Position numbers and translations under genes: made by a program | Source: Octopus sinensis | Lineage: Eukaryota | Assembly: GCF_006345805.1 (NCBI RefSeq) | Contig: NC_043004.1 | Span: 32,798,001-32,862,000, forward strand | DNA: 64,000 bases | Direction of reading: 5' to 3' | Notes under the pieces: generated by a model | Database searches by the model: none | Told to the model about the DNA's origin: nothing | The model's input: the letters and a program-made list of their open reading frames with translations, nothing else | In this document: piece after piece, positions 53,851 to 64,000 of the stretch | Numbering within the stretch: the first letter of the stretch is position 1 | Layout: every line of letters starts with the position of its first letter

Positions 53851-55021
53851 TAATTGATTTGCTTTTCGCGGGAGGGAATTTTTCTTCGAAGTATACGTCT
53901 CGCTTTTATCCTTCGAAACGTTTAGTAGATGAAATCTTAGCGACCTGAAGAAGGGGATTTTTCGTTGTGCTTATTGTCCTGTATCTCCCCCTTTTTTTTT
54001 TTTGCTTGTCTTGTTCCTTGGTTTGTGTCTATGTTTTCGTCTCTCTATGTGTTCGACGTCTTTTTGGTGTCCTGTACACATATATGCGTGTATATGTACA
54101 TGTAGAGGTAGGTACGTACATATATGTTTATATATATGCATATATTCTATTTTATTAACATATTATACGACTAAACGCACGCACCCTACTAAGTAGATTG
54201 TTCTGTTTATCAAGTTAGCCTTGATATTAACTCTCACGCGACTCTGCATCTTTCTTTCTTTCTCTCCCATTCCCTTTTTCGTTTTTTTTCCCTCACTTAA
54301 CTTGTCTCTCCTCTCTCTCTCTCATTCTTCATTCTCTCTCTCTCCTTTCACCATTCTTCATGGTCCTCTCGCACCATTCCCCTTCTTCTCTCTCTTCCTC
54401 TTGCTCCTCCTCCTCCCCCATTCCCGTCATCCATCTGCGACGATACTTCCGTCGTAACTGCTTCCTGTCCTTTCTCGCCCGCCTTGTAAGGCTTCTGGTC
54501 GACAATTTTCCCTCTCTGTCTTCCACGATAATCCAGCGTTTGCAATACTTTTTTCGTCTGGCGTTAACAGCCCTTCTTATCTTGTTCTCCTTGTCCTGTC
54601 TCTCACTGTTATATATTTATTTTTCCACTGTTTATATATATATATTTTTTACTGTTTATATGTTTGTACTGTCGTTACCGTCTTGCTTTTTTTACCCCTC
54701 TGCGAAAAGATCTCAGAATTTTAATTGATTTGCTTTTCGCGGAAGGAATTTTTCTTCGAAGTATACGTCTCGCTTTTATCCTTCGAACGTTTAGTAGATG
54801 AAATCTAGCGACTGAAGAAGGGGATTTTTCGTTGTGCTTATTGTCCTGTATCTCCCCCTTTTTTTGCTTGTCTTGTTCCTTGTTTGTGTCTATGTGTTCG
54901 TCTCTCTATGTGTTCGACGTCTTTTTGGTGTCCTGTACACATATATGCGTGTATATGTACATGTAGAGGTAGGTACGTACATATATGTTATATATATGCA
55001 TATTGTTCTATTTTATTAACA
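53851..55021 (+). mobile_element. (TA)n-inserted element with ~310-bp direct repeats (~870-nt period)
   Basis: 53851-54160 is repeated at 54722-55021 around a pyrimidine-rich non-coding core. Confidence 0.75.
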
Positions 55022-55061
55022 TATATATATTATTATATGCGCGTGTGCGCATAAATATATG

Positions 55062-55094
<33 letters not shown>

Positions 55095-55347
55095 ATATAT
55101 ATATACATATATATATTATATATATATATATTTATAATAATAATAATATTAGGGAGTAAATCCAAACTTACAGGGAAAAATTAGATTTAGGATTAAATCT
55201 AATTTTACAGCATAAATATATATATATTTATTTACATTTTGAATTTTATTTTTTTATATATTTTGTATATTATATTAATTTTATTTCTATGTTTTGGTTT
55301 GTTTTTCACTGTTTGATTTGCCTAATAGTGGTTTTATCTCTAATTTA

Positions 55348-55381
<34 letters not shown>

Positions 55382-55719
55382 ATAGACAGATAGATATATA
55401 TACACACACACATGTGTGCGTGTGTGTGTACACGCACGCACATTGCTAAGCTGGAGCCGGTTTTGAACATCTTTTTGAAAATGAGAAGCGGTTTTCACTT
55501 TTTCCCTGACCGCTAAAGAGAGAACGACCGAGAAAAGTTATGTCAGTCAAGCGGAGTGAGGTGACTTCATTGGCCAACGCTGGTAATTCAATTGGTTTCT
55601 AAGTGGAAATTAATCACAATGCTTTCTGCGTAATATGTTCTATTGTACGATTAATTTTGGAAGGTTGATGGGATCTATTTGGTATAACGATGGTATGAAA
55701 AATATACATAATTGCATAT

Positions 55720-55896
55720 TTATCTATCTATCTATCTGTCTATCTATATGTCTGTCTATCTATCCATCCATCCATCTATCTATCCATCTATCTGTCTATC
55801 TATCCATCTATCTATGTATATATTTATCTGTCTATCTATCCATCTATTTATCTATCTCTCTGTCTATCTATCTATCTGTCTGTCTGTCTACCTACA

Positions 55897-55959
<63 letters not shown>

Positions 55960-56012
55960 TTATCTATCTATCTGTCTGTCTGTCTACCTACATATCTATC
56001 TATCTATATCTA

Positions 56013-56061
<49 letters not shown>

Positions 56062-56145
56062 CATCCATCCATCTATCTATCCATCTATCTGTCTATCTAT
56101 CCATCTATTTGTCTATCCCTCTGTCTATCTATCTATCTATCTATC

Positions 56146-56186
<41 letters not shown>

Positions 56187-56260
56187 ATCTATCTATCTAT
56201 CTATCTATCTGTCTGTTTGTCTTTCTGTCTGTCTGTGTGTGTGTCTGTCTGTCTGCCTAT
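55720..56260. repeat. (TCTA)n/(TCTG)n microsatellite
   Basis: Directly visible; explains the 276-aa YLSI ORF. Confidence 0.95.
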
Positions 56261-56568
56261 CCGTCTCATTGTGCATCGGTGTAATTGTCCAGGTTATGTA
56301 CAATTACACCAACCAGGGCTTTGTTTCTGCTCCGATACTATTGCCCCATTTCCTCTTCCCTATAATACTTTAATCGGTTTGCTTGTTTGTTGCATCCTAC
56401 CCATCTCCCTTCCTGTTCTTCGTCTCCCCTGTAATACTTTAACACACAACCTCAAATGCATCTAATTTATTGTTCAACTTTGAGACCCTGCATCCTTCAT
56501 CTCGTATCCTTAGCTTCCCTTAATTTCTGATCCTGCTTCCAACCAAATCAATTCATCAGGAGGAGTTT

Positions 56569-56732
56569 GCGCAGGAGTGGCTGTGTGGTAAGTAGCTTGC
56601 TTACCAACCACACAGTTCCGGGTTCAGTCCCACTGCGTGGCAACTTGGGCAAGTGTCTTCTACTATAGCCTCGGGCCGACCAAAGCCTTGTGAGTGGATT
56701 TGGTAGACGGAAACTGAAAGAAGCCCGTCGTA

Positions 56733-56774
<42 letters not shown>

Positions 56775-57000
56775 GTGTGTGTGTGTTTGTGTGTCTGTGT
56801 TTGTCCCCCCCCCCAACATCGCTTGACAACCGATGCTGGTGTGTTTACGTCACCGTTACCTAGCGGTTCGGCAAAAGAGACCGATAGAATAAGTACTAGG
56901 CTTACAAAGAATAAGTCCTGGGGTCGATTTGCTCGACTAAAGAAGGCGGTGCTCCAGCATGGCCGCAGTCAAATGACTGAAACAAGTAAAAGAGTAAAAG
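56569..57000 (+). mobile_element. SINE family B (near-consensus copy)
   Basis: tRNA-like head, gtggcaacttgggcaagtgtctt domain, internal (TA)n(TG)n and a gtaaaaga tail. Confidence 0.9.
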
Positions 57001-57370
57001 AGTGAAAGAGTATCAGCTCTAGTTTTAGGCTGAACTTTTTCATACTTCACTGACCAGCCAAAACGACAAATCATTATATTAAATAATATTTGCCAAAAAC
57101 AAATCCAGTCTTGTCCAGTCTTGTCCCTGACACAGAAGACTACCGCTTGTTCGTTAGGATTCCGCATTTAACCCTATTTCAATATTATAGTCAAGAAAAC
57201 GTATTTTAATGAAGCGATATTTTACTGTCGAATTCGTTTTATTTTTAATACTGAATTTGTAGTTAAAATGTTCGTAGTTCAACGAACTGGATGTGAAAAT
57301 ATTGGCTGTTCAGAGTATCCCTGTGTGTATGCGTGAGTGTACGGATATGCGTGCGTGCGTGCATGTGTGA

Positions 57371-57410
<40 letters not shown>

Positions 57411-57428
57411 TAATATATTATATATGTG

Positions 57429-57509
<81 letters not shown>

Positions 57510-57513
<4 letters not shown>

Positions 57514-57731
57514 CAATTCGGAAATAGGTGAAAAATTAAAAAGGTTTACCCTAATTGATCTTTTAGACGATGCATCGTTTCTGCGTTTTTAATGGACGAA
57601 TGCCTGTTAAGGCCATTCCTAAATTGTTATATATTTACATTTTAGTCTCATAACTATTTTTCTTTTCCACTGGGCCGCTGGTAGTGATAAATTTCTATCG
57701 AATTTTTTACTACCCTAAATGATTAATTGAT

Positions 57732-57735
<4 letters not shown>
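57510..57735. mobile_element. (TA)n-inserted fragment with inverted half-hammerhead and shared 3' terminus
   Basis: Minus 57557-57585 reads CGCA GAAA CGAUGCAUCG UC/UAAAAG. Short inverted arms taacaatt.ggaa / ttcc.aaattgtta. It ends ctggt...taccctaaatgattaattgatta(TA)n. Confidence 0.55.
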
Positions 57736-57784
<49 letters not shown>

Positions 57785-57798
57785 ATTCTATAATATAT

Positions 57799-57829
<31 letters not shown>

Positions 57830-58649
57830 GTGTATGTGTGTGTATTTTATTCTTTTACTTGTTTCAGTCATTGGACTGCGGCCATGCTATATAATATTTT
57901 TTTTTTATCTTTCATTATATTACGAATATATGTATAGCTGTGTATATATTACAATTTGAAGTCTCTGTTAATACTATTTTTGTAAAAGAATCATAAATGT
58001 ATATTAGTGTGAGTTTAGAGGGTTATATTATCCGGGTGGATACCGTGGTAGCTCTCAGTTATGTTCCAGGTTATGGCTAACAACATCGATTAGTATTTAA
58101 TGTCTAAGACTACTAGGAGTTGTCACTCACGCGGTAAATTCACTCGATGGATAATTCCGTGTTCGCTTCACTGGATTATATTATCACCAGAAGTGTATAT
58201 TTGCAATAATTACAACGACAAAGAACACACACACACGCTCACATTATTATTTACATTATTTATAGCTGTCCACTGGTGACCCAGGATGTTCAGCAGTGAG
58301 CATTGCTGATGCAAATTGCCAGCAATGCCTGTGCAAAATTTTAGGTCCAATAAGGCTTGCACACCACCTCAAAAACCTATTCCACCTTACTGACATGATC
58401 CAGAGACAAGCTGGTGCAAGATATTCAGCGCCAATGTGGGATCAGGTTCGGGAATGTAGGAGCGCCATGATAGACGGAGACTGAAAGAAGCTCGTCACGC
58501 ATGTATGTATGTATATATGTATATCGATGTTCAGTTTTATTTCAAGATTTCTTGTCAATGGAGAAAGAGCCGGTTTCTAACCTAGATCCAAGGCTCCTTC
58601 ATTGCAATTTCAACATCAACAGGGGACTTTTTTGTATGTATGCATGTCT

Positions 58650-59235
58650 CTTCTATGTATGTATGTATGTATGTATGTATGTATGTATGTATGTATGTAT
58701 GTATGTATGTATGTATGATGTATGTATGTACGTACGTACGTACGTATGTATGTATGTATGTATGTATGTATGTATGTATGTACGTACGTATGTATGTATG
58801 TATGTATGTATGTATGTATGTATGTATGTATGTATGTATGTATGTATGTATGTGTGTGTGTGTGTATGTATGTATGTATGCATGTATGTATGTATGTATG
58901 TATGTATGTATGTATGTGTGTGTGTATATATGTATGTATGTATGTATGCATGTATGTGTGTGTGTATGTATGTATGTATGTATGTATGTGTGTATGTATG
59001 TATGTATGTATTATGTAGTGTGTGTGTGTATGTATGTATGTATGTATGTATGTATGATGTATGTGGTGTGTGTATTATGTATGTATGTATGTATGCATGT
59101 ATGTGTGTGTGTATGTATGTATGTATGTATGTAATGTATTGTGTAGTATGTATGTATGTATTATGTGTGGTGTGTGTGTATGTATGTATGTATGTATGTA
59201 TGTATGTATGTATGTATGTATGTATGTATGTGTGT
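58650..59235. repeat. (TATG)n expansion inside a SINE B (~58470-59430)
   Basis: Directly visible; the SINE B 3' half resumes at ~59240. Confidence 0.9.
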
Positions 59236-59453
59236 GTATCTATGTTTGTCCTTCATCATTGCTTAACAATCGGTGCTGGTTACATTGCCGTTACTTAGCG
59301 GTTCGGCAAAAAAGAGAAAGATAGAATAAGTACCAGGCTTTAAAAAAATAAATAATTATTTGGTCGATTCAGTCACCGAAAAATTCTTCAAGGCCGTGCT
59401 CCAGCATGGCCGCAGTCTAATGACTGAAGTAAAAAATAATAGATAAAAGCTAC

Positions 59454-59490
<37 letters not shown>

Positions 59491-59715
59491 CGTGCGTGCT
59501 TTGTGTATAACTGTGTGTGCGGTGTGTATAAACGTGTAGTGGCATATTTAAACGTCTTTCTTCTGATGTGTATACATTAATACGTTTATGCTATTTCTTT
59601 ATCTGTGTCAATGTATACACACGCACACAAATACAGGCGCACACACAAACACACACATACACACATGTATATATAAACATACATTTATGTGCGAGAGAAA
59701 TAGCGAGAGAGAGAG

Positions 59716-59814
<99 letters not shown>

Positions 59815-61166
59815 TTGTGTGTGCCTTGTGTGTATGACTATGCGTTGGTTCTGTTGGCCGGTGAAGTCATTTTACGGATGAAATACTGAGAAGTTTTACA
59901 TAAAAGCTGAATCAACGTAAAGCTTGTCATTCTTAGTTTGAAATTTGTCATAAACAGAACCAATTTTTATCAATTTCTCTATTATCCTAAATTCTCTGTT
60001 TTTGAATTCGACATTTTTTTCCTCTTCAAGTCAGGTGATATTTCCATCAGAAATACAAATACAAGGAACAATTTTATTTTTGTTTTGGCAAATGAGAAAA
60101 CAATCCTAGAACAAAAATTTCGGTAAGTTATTCGATTTCTTTAATAACCATAATATTGAATGCAGTTGATATTGTCTCAGATAGCACGCACTCGTAAGCC
60201 TACATGCATTTCTGTACGTTTTAGTTTCGAGCCTTCCTCATTTACATTCAGAGTTCAAACCTTGCCGAGGTTGACTCAACATGTCACCAATCCGGAGGGG
60301 CGGGAGTTCGAGGATGAGACAGGTGGTGAAAATAAGTACCAGTCATATGTTTGGGGTCGAGTCAAATTAATTTACTCCCACTATTTGGTCTTATTAATAT
60401 TTACAAATAAGTTCAAATTTCGCCGAGGCCGACTTTGCCTTCGGAGTCGATAAAATAAGTACCAGATAAACATTGGGGTCGATATAATCGACTTAGCTCC
60501 TCCCCTGAAATTGCTGGCTTTGTGCTAAAATTTGAAATCAATATGTACAAATAAGGTGGTAAGCTGGCAGATTTGTTATCACCGCGGACAAAATGCTTAG
60601 TGACACTTAGTCCGTCTTGACGTTCTGAGTTCAAATTCCGCTGAGATCGACATTGCCTTTCACCCCTTCGTGGGGGGGAGGGTCGATGGAATAGGTACCA
60701 GTTGAATATTGGCGTCAACGTAATCGACTTAGCCCCTCCCTCAAAATTCCAGGCCTTGTGCCTATAGCAGACAGGTTATTCATATTTACAAATTCCAAGA
60801 ACTGAAAATTGGGAATTCGTCATAAATTTGTTTACAAAATGCACTGTGGTATTAAATTTCACTTTTTACGTTCTGGGTTCAAATCTCATCGAAGTTACCT
60901 TTGATTTTCTTTCCTCTGGGTGCGATAAAATGAAACATCACTGAGCGACTGGAATCTATTTAATTAACTGTCCACCCACCCAAAGGACACTGAGCTACAT
61001 GCATAGGTGTAGACGTGGACTGAAGATGTTGGCTTTGTAACATGTGATTTAAGGTTCGATCTCGTTACGAGATATCATCTGCCCAAATATCTCTTTTGTT
61101 GCATCTTCAGGTCGACCAAAGTTTTCCGAATGGAAATTAATAGAGACAAAATCATCGTGGGAAACC

Positions 61167-61244
<78 letters not shown>

Positions 61245-61896
61245 CCTTCCTGGCTCATAAATTCAGTCCGTGTTTTTGATTTAATTCTAATTTTTGGACC
61301 TTGGCTGCCATTAGTGGAATAAACTATGTTTGCAATTAACAAAGCCATCTCTTCAGGGTGAGGACATCTTTCTGGCTCTGGTCTTCCCACCCTTGATGGA
61401 AGCCCCGGACAGTGTTAGGGGTCCTGTTTCCATTTCTCTAACCGAACCGTTAAACAAAACATTGCACTACGTCTCCGTTTTGTATTCAAATCCTGATGGG
61501 ATCAACTTTGTCATCGATCTTTCTGAAGTTGATTAATTGATCAACTATAATAGCAGTAATACATTGGGGTCTATACAAATGATTACACACACACCCTGAC
61601 AAAATATTTCATTGATATCTTGTCTTTACGTCTCATTACCTTCTGTCTCTTTGTCTCTCTCTGTTCACACACACACACACACACACACGCACACACACAA
61701 TTATATACACACACGCACACACACATACACACACACGCATACACAGATACACAAACATACACAGATACACACACATGCACACACAATTATATACACACAG
61801 GCTCACTCAGATAGACACACACGCACACACAGATACACACACACGCACACACAGATATACACACACACGCATACACACACATACACATACAAACAC

Positions 61897-61935
<39 letters not shown>

Positions 61936-63025
61936 ACTCCTGACAAAACTCTTCCTATTAGAGATTAGAAGAAATTCCTTTTTGGAGTAGAGATAAGATC
62001 TTAAGATATATTCATCTTCTTCATTAATCTAAGTTATGGTCAGCTTTCATATCTTTCTTGCATTCTTGGTATAATTTTGATATGTTTTTTTTTTCCTGAC
62101 ATAGATCTTTAGTGAAACAGTGAAGAAAAAAAATACCATTTCTAAAATCTGTTATCAGTGCTTGGAATACTTTATTTACGGTTGTTTCTGTACTGTTTTA
62201 GTACTCGACACAAATTTACCGATTCTAATCAAGTTTGAAAAATCAGCTCATTTGTCATAAAATCGAATTTTATGTAAAAATTGGTACACTTTTGTTGAGT
62301 TTCTGAGCAGGAGACTTAACACATTGGACTCAGGGTTATTTCTGATATTTGGATTTCTCAGAATAGGCACTAAACATTCAAAGACTCCACGAGTGGGAAA
62401 TTTGTCTTGGCCATGGACACTGAGTAAGTCCAATGATAAATTTATGGTCTACGTGTCATACGTCGGGTATGATATGATACTAGTAACCCAGCTATCTCGA
62501 CAAAACCACATCATACTAACACACCAAACATACTAACACATTTCTTTATATCATATTATATCAATTGATATATCGTATCACCTCTAGATACGGTATACTA
62601 TAACAATAGATACTACATCATATCACAGCTTCCATTGCTATATACAACTCATTGTGACTCACCGACTGAATTCTATTTTCATTAGTTTTTGCATGAATAA
62701 CGTTATGATTATGTCACTGAGTGCCCGACTCATTGGCTCAGCATTTTAGCGCCTGAGTATGTCATGGAGACGTGTTCCCTTAACGGGATACTCAAGTGGA
62801 ACCAGCGTGACGCATTGTATGATAAGGTGGTACCTTCATGAATTACAGGTATAACTCACTCGATGGGCTTCTATGCAGTTTCCGTCTACTTAATCTAACT
62901 CATGAGTGTGGGTCGACACTCTACCCAAAATGTCATTCAACGGAAGCGAAACTGGGACCTTAAAAATGCTAAGCGAATTTATTAATTTTTTGTCTGCGTA
63001 TGTGAGAGAGGGAAAGAGAGAGATA

Positions 63026-63121
<96 letters not shown>

Positions 63122-63461
63122 TTGTAGTCTTGATTCTAAAATAGGTTTTTTTTTCCTGAATTCGTCGTCGATTCTGGATAGTTGTTGATTCCTTTAGCTT
63201 ATCTTCCCTTCTCATACGGAATCTGTCGTAATTACCACCAGGTATTTGTTTACATTCTCTCGAAGCAAAAGTAATTTTAATAAATCAAGAATTTATAGTG
63301 TATCGTATTTAACTTACCGTTATTCGTCTTTGCTGTCCAAATTCATGCCCCTGGCTACTCTGAGTTATTTCTCTTAGCGCAGTTTGTTTTTCATTTATGC
63401 ACACACACACACACACACACAGACATACACACACACACTTACAGACACACACACATATATA

Positions 63462-63746
63462 GTAAAGTTTATAAGCCAACAGAATGTGGCAGTCCTATAA
63501 AGGACGATGCTACCGTTATTTAAGCCCCAGGAAAACATCTTTTCCAGCTGGTCGTCAACACAGAGTCAGTGTCCGTATAGCATTTTCAAGAGAGGTCATC
63601 GCCCCCATCTCTAGCCTTACGTGACACTCACAAAAGAGGTAGACCGTATGTCGATGGCCAGGTGGAAACATGTTTTCCTGGGGCTAAAACAACAGCAACA
63701 TCGTCCTTTATAGGACTGCCACATTCTGTTGGCATATAAACATTAC
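63462..63746. mobile_element. MITE with ~90-bp TIRs
   Basis: gtttataagccaacagaatgtggcagtcctataaaggacgatg...gccccaggaaaacat is mirrored at 63658-63741. Confidence 0.8.
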
Positions 63747-63805
63747 CATTTGGTACTGTTATTGTATAGCTCTCGTTCATTTTGTTAAAACAAATATATG
63801 TATAT

Positions 63806-63882
<77 letters not shown>

Positions 63883-64000
63883 CGTGCGTGCGTCTGTGTG
63901 TGTATGTGAGTGTATGTATGGTATGCATATATGTATCAAAACAAGAGATTGGAAAAAGTGTTTGGTATTATTTAGTCACCATTACACGTGTTTCATTTGC

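Noticed and set aside
55635-56465. 276-aa ORF and similar long ORFs (58501-59298, 15249-15854, 14039-14782, 19270-20268)
   Set aside because: These are translations of (TCTA)n, (TATG)n, (TA)n and (GA)n microsatellites.

Overview
AT-rich, repeat-dominated eukaryotic DNA. It is most likely an octopus or other coleoid cephalopod, inferred from the SINE families and the microsatellite load. The only host gene I can support is the last two coding exons of a divergent Ctr/SLC31 copper transporter (577-682 and 2462-2855, + strand). The rest is microsatellites, three tRNA-derived SINE families, non-autonomous Helitrons, hAT/piggyBac MITEs, decayed mariner/Tc1/hAT transposases, an RLE-type LINE 3' fragment and many foldback inverted repeats. 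Almost all listed ORFs are microsatellite artefacts. Main discovery: a set of non-coding inserts inside (TA)n tracts carries hand-foldable type I hammerhead ribozymes (cores CUGAUGA/CUGAAGA/CUGAGGA and variants, usually with a palindromic stem III). These inserts have inverted 5' ends and several share a 3' terminal motif. Two are head-to-tail concatemers of 540- and 558-nt units. This looks like a (TA)n-targeted retrozyme or Penelope-like pLTR system that could release unit-length, possibly circular, RNAs. All folding and alignment was done by eye, so repeat boundaries are approximate.
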